A program made the position numbers and the translations under genes. Source: Antedon mediterranea (Eukaryota; Animalia; Echinodermata). Taken from it: a stretch of DNA of 64,000 bases. The stretch is taken from NCBI RefSeq assembly GCF_964355755.1, contig NC_092670.1, positions 4,826,201 to 4,890,200 on the forward strand, read 5' to 3'. The notes below the pieces were generated by a model. It was not told the DNA's origin. It was given only the letters and a program-made list of their open reading frames with translations, and made no database searches. Shown piece after piece: positions 1 to 12,288 of the stretch (positions are counted from its first letter, which is position 1; each line of letters starts with the position of its first letter).

Positions 1-2746
1 AATAAATCTTTTGGGTCAATATCCTCAAAGCCTTTCAAAATTTTGAAAGCTTCAATCAAATCTCCTCGTAGTCTTCTCGTCTCTAATGGTTGAAGATCAA
101 GATATTCTAACCTTTTTTCATATGGTAGATCACTTATTGACTTGACCATCTTTGTAGCTCTTCTCTGCACCTTCTCCAAGATTTCTTTGTCTTTGTTATA
201 GTAAGGAGACCAGGACTGTATACAGTATTCCATATGTGGACGGATGTATGCCTTGTACATGACCTGAAAACTTTCTTTGTCAATATTTTTGAATGTTCTT
301 TTGACAGTTCTCATACTATTCGTCGCTCTAGCTGCTGCTGCAGCACACTGTCGGCTTGGCTTGCAGTCGCTAGTGAAGATAACACCAAGGTCTTTTTCTT
401 CGTTTACTGCCAATAACGTTTCTCCATTTAGACAATATTCTGATTTCTCTGTCTTTCTACCAGCATGGAGCACTTCGCATTTCTTGGTATTGAATTTTAG
501 CAGCCAGTCCTCTGACCATTCCTGAGCCCTATCAAGATCAATTTGAAGTTTTCTTGAAATCCGATTTTTCTTTGATGGTCTTTATAATCTTTGCATCATC
601 TGCAAACATGTTAAAGTCTGCGCTGATAATTTTATCTGGAAGATCGTTTATGAAGAGGATGAATAGGATTGGGCCAAGGACTGATCCTTGTGGGACTCCA
701 CTCACTACATCTACCGGCTTGGATGTTGTATTTCTTACAATTACTTTCTGTGTTCTTCCTGCCAGAAACTCAGCTATCCAATTTATAGTCTTACCAGATA
801 TTCCATAGCCTATCAGCTTGTGAATTAGTCTTCGATGTGGAACACTATCGAACGCCTTCATATAATCAAGGTATACGATATCCACATCTTCACCACTATC
901 TAGAGCTTCAGTGACTGTTTCGAATGTTTGTAGCAAATTTGTTAGACAAGACCTACCACTTAGGAATCCATGTTGACACCTAGACAGCATTCTACTTCCT
1001 TTAACAAAGCCAAGCACATTGTCTTTGATGATTGATTCAAAAACTTTACATGGTATTGATGTTAGGCTGATGGGCCGATAATTTTCAGCTTTCTTCTTGG
1101 ATCCTTTCTTGAAAATTGGTGTGACATTTGCAGTCTTCCAATCTTTTGGTAATTTACCTGTCTCAAGTGAGAGCTTGAAAATGATAGTAAGTGGATGAGC
1201 TAGAGAACTGGCACATTGGTTCAGAACCATAGGATGGACACCATCTGGACCAGGAGCTTTGTTTGGTTGCTGTTGATTTAATTTTTTTTGAACATCTTCT
1301 ACCGAAAATACAATATTTTCAAGAATGTTGTCGCTGTTCCTGCTATCAAACTGGGGTAGGTCACCATCTGGTTCATGGGTATATACAGATTGAAAAAAAT
1401 TTGCTCAACATTTCAACTGCTTCCTGGTCATTTTCGGTCAAACTTCCATCTTCTTTTACAAGATTAGTTATACCTTCTTTTACTTTTTGTTGTTCCCTAA
1501 TGTACTTGTATACTGGCTTAGGATTTTTCTTAAAGTTCTTCATTAACTTTTGCTCATGTTCTATACGTGCCTTTCTCACGTTTGCACTTGCGACATTCCT
1601 CTGTTTCTTGTACTCAAGGTAGTCCTTGTACTGGTTTGTCTGTCTGTACTTTTTGTATAATTTGTGTTTCTTCTTTATACTCTTCTTTATTCTAGCTTTC
1701 AGCCATACAGGTTTCATGTTCTTTCTCATTGACCTCTTAGGTATATATTTTTCAGTTTCTGCATTGTAGATTTCCATAAATGTTTCCCATGCCTGGTTAC
1801 AACTTTTATCATCAAGCAGAGCATCCCAATTTAATTTCCCAAATGAATCATTTAGTCTCTCATAATCACCTTTTGCGTAATTCTTTTGTTTTTTCTCATC
1901 ACTTCCAATAGGATTTCTTGAACAGGTATACTAAAAAAACAATACATCATGATCACTTTTCCCAAGTGGGCTACAATGTTGTATCTCTTCAACTGCACTT
2001 TCATCATTTGTCAATACCAGGTCAAGCATTGATGGCCTTTGTCCTTCTTTGTGTCTTGTCGTCTCAATTACATGCTGATGTAGAAATAAGTCTTGGCTTG
2101 TTTCGTAGAAACTCTCAGCATCATCTCCCTTTATGCCTTCAGCTTCCACTCTATATTCCTCCCACTTGATCTGAGGATAATTAAAGTCTCCCATTAACAG
2201 TCTATGAGTTACATTCTGCTTCATGGATTCCTCGATTAGTATATTGAGGGCTCTGTTGTTTTGTCTTGAGCTACTGACACAGCTTCGGTAACATACTCCA
2301 ATCAATATTGTTTCATATAATGTTAACTTGATTTTGCACCAAATACTTTCATTGAACTGATTCTCATTTAGCACATAGCATGAAGTGGCCTGCAATGATT
2401 TGTGACAGAGCAACATTACTCCTCCTGCTGAGGTTTCGCCATCATGATCCCTTCGGAAAAGGTCGTAATCAGGAATAGAAAGTATACCGTCTGTTACTGT
2501 TTGTTTGCCCCACGTTTCAGTAATTCCAATAATGTGTGGCTTGTAGAGTTCAATATCCATTTTGAGTTCATCCATCTTTTTTACAATACTTTGTGCATTT
2601 GTGTAATAAACATTTAAAGACTCTCTATTTACAATATTTACATTTTCTATAGCTTCTGCATGTTTTCTAACGTCTCTCATCTGTTCCTTTCGTTCTCCGA
2701 AAGGGCTGATGAGGTTGACGTTCCACATATATCTCATCCTCCTCAC
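1..2746 (-). pseudogene. LINE ORF2 (endonuclease + reverse transcriptase), broken by frameshifts
   Basis: ORF pieces 1931-2746 (APE), 1373-1777 and 538-1230 (RT); breaks fall at homopolymer runs (~1933, ~1393, ~1282, ~549). Confidence 0.85.
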
Positions 2747-3824
2747 TGTCTTCTGAATCAGTAAATGATTTTCTTCCTACCATTATTTCTTTAGGTACAG
2801 CACCCTTTACAGGAGTTTCTTTCATAATGTTGTTATCCTTCTTGGTTGTGACTAGAACAACTTTGTTTTTCTCTATCTTCCATTTCTGCCCATCTTTTCT
2901 TTTTATTTTTAGCTCTTCTCGTAGCTCCCTGCCTCTTTTCCTTTCCTCATAATTTAGATCAGGCGAAATGTACACATTGGAGAGAACCTCACTGACACTG
3001 CTACGTAAATTCCTTGCTAATTTTAATACCTTTTGTTTATTTTCTGATGACGCCAGCTTAACTTTGATCAACCTTGGTTTTCCCTCGTGGTTTTTTCTTC
3101 CAAGACGAGTTAGATCGAGTATTGGTACATCAGCTACCTTGAGCTCCAAAAGCACTTTCTTGATTTGATTTCCATCATCCTGGTGACCTTGACCCTCATC
3201 ATCATTTTCCGTTTCGGGAACATTGTGGAAAATCAGATTTGATTGTCTATTCTCTTTGTCAGCTTTGCTTTCAAAGAAGCTTTTAACCTTGTTTTCAATT
3301 ATCTTTTCAATATTTGTTTCTTCTTTAACCACTGATTTTTCCATCTTCTGTATGACTTGTGTAAGGGACTCAATCTTCATCGTCAATTCTTCCAGATTGT
3401 TGCTATTTGGAATCGAGTTTGGGAAAAAAACAGACTGCCTATCTTCCAATACTTGGTTACAGTCCAAACAGAACCATCTAATTTGTGTGTATTGTTTACC
3501 TTTCTTGGATAAAACTTTGAAGTCAGATTGGAGTAGCCCAGCACATTCAAGGTGTGCCCATCCACAGCACCTATCACACATAACAGCTTTGCTATCATCA
3601 ATGTTAGTATGACATTCTTCATATATACACTGGAATTCATCATCATTTTGTTTTTCTACTGCTAGGCCTAGGCCCCTTTGCCTTCTATTGTTGTGGTTAT
3701 TCACAGGTCTGCTAGCTGTCATGCCTGGCTGACTCTGGGACTTTGTCTGCTGTGTACTTGGGGCTAGCCTATCAGACTTTTTTGAAACATCTTTCTTACT
3801 TACAGGACTTTTTACAACTACCAT
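2667..3824 (-). CDS. LINE ORF1 protein (PHD finger, coiled coil, RRM-like C-terminal region)
   Basis: CIYEEC..MCDRCCGWAHLECAGL..WFCLDC PHD pattern; NLIFHNVPE..RLG..PRLIKV..VYISPDL..ER motif typical of CR1/L2 ORF1; first ATG at 3824. Confidence 0.85.
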   Translation of the reverse strand: MVVVKSPVSKKDVSKKSDRLAPSTQQTKSQSQPGMTASRPVNNHNNRRQRGLGLAVEKQNDDEFQCIYEECHTNIDDSKAVMCDRCCGWAHLECAGLLQSDFKVLSKKGKQYTQIRWFCLDCNQVLEDRQSVFFPNSIPNSNNLEELTMKIESLTQVIQKMEKSVVKEETNIEKIIENKVKSFFESKADKENRQSNLIFHNVPETENDDEGQGHQDDGNQIKKVLLELKVADVPILDLTRLGRKNHEGKPRLIKVKLASSENKQKVLKLARNLRSSVSEVLSNVYISPDLNYEERKRGRELREELKIKRKDGQKWKIEKNKVVLVTTKKDNNIMKETPVKGAVPKEIMVGRKSFTDSEDSEEDEIYVERQPHQPFRRTKGTDERR

Positions 3825-4133
3825 TTTGGCTGATGGAAGCAATCTATAAGGCACTTAAAACCTAGCTAAACCAATCAAACCTGTATCCTCTTCTTGAATC
3901 GCTTTTTTGAAATGTTTTTTTATTTCTGCATTAAACACCCTCCTCAGTCTACTAATATAGGCCTAGTCGAAGCAAACTTGCGAACCGTTCGCAAGTTTGC
4001 GTTTGAATCAATGAATTACGAGAACTATTAATTGATTCAAACGCATGAATACATTTATACTAACATTATAGAAATTTGTTGCACATTATTATCTTGTATT
4101 TGTGTATGTTATCAATATGCTGCTCAATTGGGT

Positions 4134-4137
<4 letters not shown>

Positions 4138-4196
<59 letters not shown>
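4138..4196. repeat. (TA)n microsatellite
   Basis: Pure TA run. Confidence 0.98.
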
Positions 4197-4199
<3 letters not shown>

Positions 4200-4684
4200 C
4201 CAATTAATACACCAAGTTAACATTTAGAGGCTGAAAGACACAATTCTGAGAAAATATTTACTATCTTAATATTGTATGGTACACTTGTTGCGTACCGTAA
4301 CCATGCTTTTAAGTATTGTAGAGTTTATATTTTGTATATATGATAGGCTGTTATAGAACGTTAAGACCTCAAACGATCTCTTTATAATAATATTACTATA
4401 ACTATTATATTATAGCGAGATAACCTGTTAAATCTTAATGTTTTGATAGCACTGTAGTTGTGAAAATATTTGACTTTATTTAATTTAAGTATGAATCAAT
4501 TTTAAAATTAGGTCAAGAACATCGAATATGATGGGATCGTAATTATCAATGTTAAGTATGAATATATATTTTTAATTCAAGATCGTAATGGATAATTAGT
4601 GAGCTGTCAAACAAGCTTACTTACACGACCGTATCAAAATCTTGAATTTCATATCACGTATGCCGGTGAGGAAATTATCATTTC

Positions 4685-5500
4685 TTTATTCAAATTCAAA
4701 ACAATATAACATTAAAAAGCTGTACAGGAATGAATTCAGGGCAGCACAAAAAAGTAACCAATGGTCAAACTTATTTCCATTGTGGCCCTTAAGGATGAAA
4801 TAGGGACAGAATATAGTTATATAAAATTAGGCAATTACAATTAATAATACAATTAACATATGTATTAAATAATGTTACAGTACTCAGAAACCATCCAGCA
4901 TAACCTCTCTGATGTGATTCCTGACTTTACTTTTGAATTGATTGATGGTCTCTGAGCATTGTATCCATTTTGGCAGGTGATTCCATGACGTTATTGCCGT
5001 GTTAAGAAAGGTTGTCATGGGAGTGGTTACTGTACCTATATGATCAATAAATTGATTGAGATGCAAATCTAGTATTGTACTGGTGAATTACACTTGTTTA
5101 CGAATACCATCATTCATTTTCCGCAATGTGATCACTTGTTTCAAGACGAAGAATAGCCTATATCTGGCTGTCTAATTTTGTGCAGTTTGCAATTTAACTT
5201 TCAATGATTTCTTTAATCCGAGTATGTACCACACGCTACACTCATAATCATAAAGGCATAACACCAAACTATTTGCTAGCAACTTTAAGAGATCTCTGAA
5301 AGTTAAATACTTTTTATTTCTATATAAAAATGTAACCCTTGAGTTTACTTTCTTTATAACTGATTTACCTATACAATCTCCAGTTAGATTGTTATCAAGT
5401 TCAAGTCCTAGATAACTGACTGTCGGTTCGTTTGTGATAACATAATCATTATATATGACTTTAAGTCTGATTGGTTTCAAGATAAAAGAAACTTTATTTG
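4685..5500 (-). mobile_element. Degraded 3' fragment of an L2/Crack-type LINE
   Basis: VSYLGLELDNNL..KKVNSRVTFLYR..DYECSVWY..KLQTAQN and WNHLPKWIQ..FKSKV are typical RT C-terminal motifs; AT-rich tail. Confidence 0.7.
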
Positions 5501-5609
5501 TCGTCGTAAAAAACAAGATAAATAATATCGGTACATAAACGAACAAAACAAGAACTTTTTGACTAACATTTTTAATCATTGTTCTTTCTTCAGATATAAT
5601 GATTTATTA

Positions 5610-5697
5610 TTTTTAGTCAGCTCACTGTGTCGGTCAGTTGGTCGGTCGGTAAACACTAACTTGAGCACGCGACTACAGCATGTATATGGCCTTGTTT
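5610..5697 (+). mobile_element. Short Helentron/HINE (DINE-1-like) non-autonomous element
   Basis: TTTTTAGTC start, GTCG microrepeat, CACGCGACT..GGCCTTGTT end; related copy at 47024-47143. Confidence 0.5.
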
Positions 5698-6192
5698 GTT
5701 TAACAATCAGTAGTAAACATTTTGTGTAAATATAGTCTGGCCTACTATACAGAACAAAAATACTGTATAATCATAAACTAAACTACATTATATGTGCATA
5801 TTCCAGGGTAGAAGCATTCTCCCTAAGGACCCGGCCCACAAACTAGTAGAAGTACTACTAGTATATACGCCAGGGGTAACGATGCAATATTAGAAGTTAA
5901 TAGCATGCATTGCCTGTTAATATTTTGTATCAATATTAAAATAAAGAAATAATTATGAAAATCTGACTTGTAGTTTCTTATTGATTATGTCCTCTGGAAT
6001 TTTAGTGGGCTAAAGCCGCGGCGCGAGACAATTGACAAAAAGCGTAAAAGTATAAAAACAGTATAACATGTTTCCGAGCGGTTAAAAAGTAACTGGAGAA
6101 ACTATTGTGAATTTAAGTGCCGTATAATCAGACAATCAACAATTTATTTTCCTTTATTTTCACTTTAATATGTCAACTATACATTTCATTCA

Positions 6193-7363
6193 TTTATACA
6201 CAACACCATATAAGTACAGTAATACATCGGTTAACATTTATTATATATTTAATACCAGCCACTGCCGTGGTACCTTACTCTCAATAACAAAATACCTTAG
6301 TAATTATTGCTTATTTATGTATTATATATTTATGCTACTACTTCGATCTACACACCTTAAATAATTTAATTCTTAATTGTTATTTGGCTATTTCGGGGGC
6401 TACTCTTGTCATACTAGTTCGCTGTGTTACGGATCTTTTATGAGACCTGAGTAGGACCCAGGTGAATTCCACTGAGTGTCGGTAAATTATTAGTACCGAG
6501 TAGGCCTACGTGGAATATAATATTTTATTGGGGGCGAGATAATTGTCAAGAATTATACCAGCCCAATTGAACGACTAGCTAAGTAGCACCATAATAGTAA
6601 GATGGGATGATGATGGGGATGGTTGGGTGGGAAAATAAAATCTGACTGATGCTAGCGAGTTGCTGTAACATCAATGATACATGTCCAGTTTGTTATACTA
6701 TGTATAGTCAATCTGATCTATTTGATAGGGACACCTGTTTTTATAAATATGTCGCCTAGTCTTTTAAGTTTAATTTATTAGTACGGTAACCTTGTGTAAA
6801 ATACCAATTCTCCTTAAAAAGTAGACTTAAAGGAGGCAGTACCAAACCCATCCATCAACTGTCACTTGTTGAGGTCACTATAGTGTAGGTATAATTATCT
6901 ATTGATATTCAATGTCCTTGTAGTGGAGTCCGGGTTACTCCAGATGGTATTGTGTATAAACTATAATTTAGTTTCCCAAATTTGCTTTTATACACAACAC
7001 CATATAAGTACAGTAATACATCGGTTAACATTTATTATATATTTAATACCAGCCACTGCCGTGGTACCTTACTCTCAATAACAAAATACCTTAGTAATTA
7101 TTGCTTATTTATGTATTATATATTTATGCTACTACTTCGATCTACACACCTTAAATAATTTAATTCTTAATTGTTATTTGGCTATTTCGGGGGCTACTCT
7201 TGTCATACTAGTTCGCTGTGTTACGGATCTTTTATGAGACCTGAGTAGGACCCAGGTGAATTCCACTGAGTGTCGGTAAATTATTAGTACCGAGTAGGCC
7301 TACGTGGAATATAATATTTTATTGGGGGCGAGATAATTGTCAAGAATTATACCAGCCCAATTG
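6193..7363 (-). repeat. 3' split direct repeats B1-A2-spacer-B2
   Basis: B copies 6193-6570 and 6987-7363; A copy 6631-6991; near-identical to the copies at 12446-13519. Confidence 0.93.
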
Positions 7364-7637
7364 AGCGAATAGCATGAGAGAAAGCCCCCAAGAAATAAAC
7401 CAAAGTGTATATTAATAAAAGTAGTTTAAATTGTATAAGAACAGGCTCTAAAAAGAATAAGGTAGGCCTATTAAAAGACTATTTACATAGTTTTTAAAAA
7501 TGATATTACATTTAATTCTTGGTAAACATACTATACCAAGAAGAATAAAAAGAAACCTTAAAATCATAAATATACTGCTCTTGTAAAAAAAAAATAAAAA
7601 TATTAGGAAACAGGACATTCGATCCCTACGATGATGA

Positions 7638-7766
7638 TCATCTAGACTTGTCCCGGGGTTGAGCCCGACGGGACAAGTGGTTGTGTTAGTTATAGGTGCT
7701 GTTGATCTCTCAAAATTATCCAGGGGATGAGCCCGGCTGGATTTAATCCCGGGGATGAGCCCGGCG

Positions 7767-7831
<65 letters not shown>

Positions 7832-8000
7832 AGAGAGAGATCGTAGCGTAGCTAAACTCATGAAATTCATCTAGACTTGTCCCGGGGGATGAGCCCGACG
7901 GGACAAGTGGTTGTGTTAGTTATAGGTGCTGTTGATCTCTCAAAATTATCCAGGGGATGAGCCCGGCTGGATTTAATCCCGGGGATGAGCCCGGCGGGAT

Positions 8001-8053
<53 letters not shown>

Positions 8054-8230
8054 AGAGAGAGAGATCGTAGCGTAGCTAAACTCATGAAAATCATCTAGAC
8101 TTGTCCCGGGGGATGAGCCCGACGGGACAAGTGGTTGTGTTAGTTATAGGTGCTGTTGATCTCTCAAAATTATCCAGGGGATGAGCCCGGCTGGATTTAA
8201 TCCCGGGGATGAGCCCGGCGGGATTATTAT

Positions 8231-8266
<36 letters not shown>

Positions 8267-8285
8267 AGACAGATCGTAGCGTAGA
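7638..8285 (-). repeat. Three tandem ~200-230 bp units, each with three hairpins and a long poly(A) tract (element sense)
   Basis: Units start at 7638, 7867 and 8091; core GGGGATGAGCCCG on + recurs 9 times (one GTTGAG variant); T-tracts at 7769-7830, ~8004-8052, ~8234-8265. Confidence 0.93.
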
Positions 8286-8392
8286 CTAACTCCTTAAATT
8301 GTACTTGTAGAATACGTTTAATTTATTGTAGATTCCCTAGGATGAAGTCGAGCTTGCGGTAATTGCAAGGCTTGGTAATTTACTGTACAGTA

Positions 8393-9331
8393 TTACAATT
8401 TACACATATTTGCTTGAGCGTCTTTTAAAACCTTCCGATTCGTTCGGATGTATCTAATATAACAGTTAGAGGACCATCTACCCAGGGTTTGTACTACATG
8501 GTCTTCTACACCTGCTGCAGTAGCAGATGTTGCAGCCCCTATCCTAAATGAATGACCTGAAAAATTGCGGTTATCTATCCCACTTCTGGTTAAAACTTCC
8601 CTTAAAAGCATTAGAAATTGTTCCCTTGATAACGGATCGTGTGTTGATTCGTTCTCGACGAACAACGGGGCTGAATAGGGTGCACCGTTACACAATCTAA
8701 GGGCAATGTATTTAGACATATTATGGACGGGATATAAATTTTTGTTCTCAAAGATTGTTATATCGATTCCCAATCTAAAGGGGTCCGTTTTGGATGCCCT
8801 CAGATGTAAAACATATAATTGGCAATCTGGGCTAAAGGTAATATCGCTAATTCTTAAGTAATCGTTACAGGAAGTCTTTCGTTTACATGTGAACTCACCA
8901 CATCTTAAAAAACCATAAAACGCTAACTTGAACACACACTGAATCATAAGGTCCATAAACGGGGAAAACACACCCCGCAAAAGTACGTTACTCATTTTTG
9001 TTAGTACATCTGCAGTAATCGGTAAACGTTTTTGTTGATTATTGTTCTGTGATTTTTTAATTCCGCGAAGTATGTATTGTAGTCTCTCTGTTCCCAATGT
9101 GATATCTTGATGACCCGCTTTGATATAATGAAAGCGAATTCCTGACAGGTAGAGTTTGATTGTATGGAGTTTTAGGCTCAGTACTTTCTGACAGTGAGTT
9201 ACAAAATAAATGAGGTGTCCCTCAACAATTGGCGGAAGTCCTGATTTCGGCAGAATCATACCTGACATAATAAGAAAATTCAAAAAACGTTGAACCGCTG
9301 TATGATACACATTTTCTTTTTGTAGAATCAC
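8393..9331 (-). CDS. Tyrosine recombinase/integrase (N-terminus probably frameshifted at an A-run)
   Basis: Catalytic R-K-H-R-W-Y set: FYGFLRCGEF, SKTDPF, SGHSFRIGAAT, LGRWSSNCYIRYIR. Confidence 0.93.
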   Translation of the reverse strand: MILQKENVYHTAVQRFLNFLIMSGMILPKSGLPPIVEGHLIYFVTHCQKVLSLKLHTIKLYLSGIRFHYIKAGHQDITLGTERLQYILRGIKKSQNNNQQKRLPITADVLTKMSNVLLRGVFSPFMDLMIQCVFKLAFYGFLRCGEFTCKRKTSCNDYLRISDITFSPDCQLYVLHLRASKTDPFRLGIDITIFENKNLYPVHNMSKYIALRLCNGAPYSAPLFVENESTHDPLSREQFLMLLREVLTRSGIDNRNFSGHSFRIGAATSATAAGVEDHVVQTLGRWSSNCYIRYIRTNRKVLKDAQANMCKL

Positions 9332-9367
9332 AAATAGCTGCGTTCCAGAGTTGTTCGACTTGCTGTT

Positions 9368-10970
9368 TTAATTCATCAGAAGCTCGGAATGATGTAGACA
9401 GCTCGTTGGTAGAAGATTCGCCTCGGGTGCCAATATTCGGAACTTCTCCATCTGGTAACGAGAAATTGAATCTGCTATTACATTATCTTTACCAGCAATG
9501 TGTTTTGCATAGACATAATAACAGTGTGTAGCTGAATGATACAGTAGGTTAATCTCCTCATCAGTTTCATAATTTCGGGTGTTTTTGATCTACCCTTAGT
9601 AATAATTTCAACGGTCGCCATATTGTCACAATAAAACAGAATTCTCTTCCTACTCCATATATGGCCCCATAACACGCAGCTCATAACAATAGGATAGAGT
9701 TCAAAAAAGGCCATGGACGTTTTGTCGGTGACGCAGTCTTTGGGGAATTCCCCCTGGAACCATTCGTTATCATAAATTCCCCCAAATGCAGTACGTGTTG
9801 CATCGGTAAAAAGTTTAAGATCACTTGCTGTTGTTATGTCGTCATTCATGAAAAAAGAAATACCGTTCCATCCCTTTAAGAAACGTGACCACATCGCTAG
9901 AACAGACCGACATTCATGACTAATGCGTATATGATGGTGTAGTTCTTTAACAGTAGTAGACAACCCGATAAGGTGTGATACAAAGGAACGCCCTGGATTG
10001 ATTACTCTACAAGCAAAGTTCAAGTGTCCAAGTAGGCTCAATAGTTCCCTTTTTGAACATGATTTGCGCCTACTGAATTGTTGTATAATCTGTTGGATTC
10101 TATTTACCTTATCCATCGGAAGTCTCGCTTCCATGTTAACTGAGTCCAGATAAATACCAAGATATTCTATTAAAGTAGTTGGTCCTTCGGTTTTCTTTTC
10201 CGATAATGGGATACCGAGTGTTGAAAACATGTTTAACAATACTTGTTTTGTACTATCCGCATTTGTCTGTGGCGATTCAATGACCAGAAAATCATCCAAA
10301 AGGTGAAGAATATTTTTTATTTTAAATACGTTCGTTGCGATCCAACAAACAGTTTCCGATAAGGTGTCGAATATCTTTGGGCTTGAACGACAGCCAAACA
10401 CTAATTGTTTAAAAAAGTAATATTTATTGTCCCATTTGATACCGTGGTAACTTCTTAAGCTAGGATGAATCGGTATAATTTTGAAGGCGTCCGTAATATC
10501 AGTCTTAATCAATAACGCGCCTTGCCCTTGTTGTTTTATTATTTTTATCGCGTCATCTATTGATACGTATTGAAGGGAAAATGCGTCTTTGTCTATAAGT
10601 TCGTTTAGACTCGGGTTGTTTAAGTCATCATGAGGTGCTGATAGGTCCACAATAAGTCGTTTTTGTGCGAGTATCTACCTTCAGCGATACCAATCGGATT
10701 TATACGATACTGATTATATGGATTACTATTATATGGGCCAATCAAATAACCCTTGCTCACCTCGGTTGTGATTAGTTCCGTAACGATTTCGGGTTGTCGC
10801 AGTGCGGATCTCAAGTTCTTACATTCAATTGATTGTTTGGGCAGGCTTTTGATGCCTGTGTAGAAACCATGGGAAAGTCCGTTGATTAAATACTCTTTGG
10901 TGTTTGTGTTTGGAAAAGTTTCGAGCATTAGTGTTAGTTCCGTAATGTTAATGGGTGTTGTAACAGACAA
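9368..10970 (-). pseudogene. Reverse transcriptase / RNase H (two frameshifts)
   Basis: KTDITDAFKIIP, FGCRSSPKIF, LLDDFL, YLGIYLD, LFTDA, FELYP, CDNMATV; shifts at the T-run ~10660 and an apparent 5-bp insertion ~9541; C-terminus AKHIAGKDNVIADSISR continues in another frame. Confidence 0.88.
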
Positions 10971-11011
10971 GTTAAAGTTAGCGGTGTCATGTTTCAGTCT
11001 GCTCTGGCCCC

Positions 11012-12288
11012 TTAAGGGTGGGGCCGTTGTCCGTTTTTTGAGGCACTGAGCCTACACAAATGTTTTGCATGGTCTCCTTTACAGTCTAGGCAAACATGTA
11101 GATTATTACATCTTGGCCTGAGACAGCCCCTGTTCCCATTGAAGTTATTGCAAATTTCTACGCCGTTGTGGAATACGCGCTTCCTGCCGTATAAGTCACT
11201 GGCGTAGCTATTTGGAGCAGCACTTTTCGCCTGAAATATATTCACCTCAGAGCAGAACGCCGTTGAATGCAAGGTGCTGTTGCATTTTGAACAAGTATTG
11301 GGACGACTGTTCGCGAATATGTTGCAAAACAGTGTGTTGTTTCTCACGGACCAATCGACCAAAATATTGTTATAGCGCAAATGTGCTGCTGCTGTTAAAC
11401 TGAACTGTTTGTGGTATTTGTAAAATCCCTTACCGGGATATCTTGACGCCATATCTACAATGTCCCTCTCATATTGGTCTAACTCCTTTCTACGTTGCGG
11501 ATAAGCTCCGCACAATATATTTTTATAAATGCCAAAGGCATATATGAACTCCCCGATATTTAGGCTTTTGTTTAACCTTATATCTTTAGTGTGGGCATTT
11601 GCACCATCCTTGTTGTTGGATTCGATGGATAGACCAGAGTAATACAGAATCATTATTGATGCTAAATTAACATCCCTACCTGAAATGATCTGTTGCCGGA
11701 TTGCCGGAGAGATTGTTTCCACTAATGGTAGAGATTCGGCGGAATATCCAAATCTTGTTTTTTTTAAACATCCTTGAGGTATTGTTGTTCGCAGGAGCGT
11801 TATATGCTTGGAGGGCCGTGTCGACAGTGTAAGTTCCTTGCGTGTCGTCTTCTATAGCGACGACATTTGTTGTAAAGTTTGCATTAATAGGCGTGCCACT
11901 GGTAGGCGGTGGTACTGGATTCGTGGCACTAGTATGCCCTAGGTCAATTACCCTTTGAGTTAAGTTAGAAAACATTTTCCTGCAGATTTTTAACTGTTGA
12001 AGAAAGCTTCGATACCAACTCCGTTAGTTCCCGATTGTTTCTGTTGTTTGTTTGTTGTTGTTGTTCCTCAGCGGGTTCAATACTTTCAGCCGGAACTGGT
12101 GATGACACCTCAAAGCCAGTATTTGACTCCGTCAAAAGGCGAATCAGTGCCATTTTTTTAGCATTTTGTGTGAATGATATACCTCGCTTAACAAGTTCAC
12201 TCTTTAATTTTGCGATTGTCCAGTTCTTGTGCGTGTCCCTTTCATACGGCGTAGTAGAACGCTTTGTAGTTGTCCTGGTAGGTGCCAT
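11012..12288 (-). pseudogene. Gag-like ORF1 (N-terminal SAP/HeH-like motif, C-terminal CCCH + CCHC fingers), split at homopolymers
   Basis: Pieces 11965-12288, 11676-11975 and 11012-11722; CNNFNGNRGCLRPRCNNLHVCLDCKGDHAKHLC. Confidence 0.82.

Larger units (their letters stand above)
1..3900 (-). mobile_element. CR1-clade non-LTR retrotransposon (ORF1 + APE/RT ORF2); 3' end runs off the window start
   Basis: ORF1 with PHD finger; ORF2 pieces carry APE motifs (YTNAQS, GITETW, MGDFN, LDLVLTN, SDHDVL) and RT motifs (NYRPISLTS, QHGFLSGRSC, YLDYMKAFDSVPH, GVPQGSVLGP, FADD). 5' boundary approximate. Confidence 0.92.

Noticed and set aside
3972-4000. 14-bp-arm palindrome upstream of the LINE
   Set aside because: No TSD or second copy; cannot assign a function.
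7448-8094. Poly-lysine ORFs
   Set aside because: Translations of the poly(A) linkers in the hairpin array; no coding signal.
7638-8285. CRISPR array or hammerhead ribozymes
   Set aside because: No unique spacers or cas genes in a eukaryotic context; the CUGANGA..GAAA core is absent.
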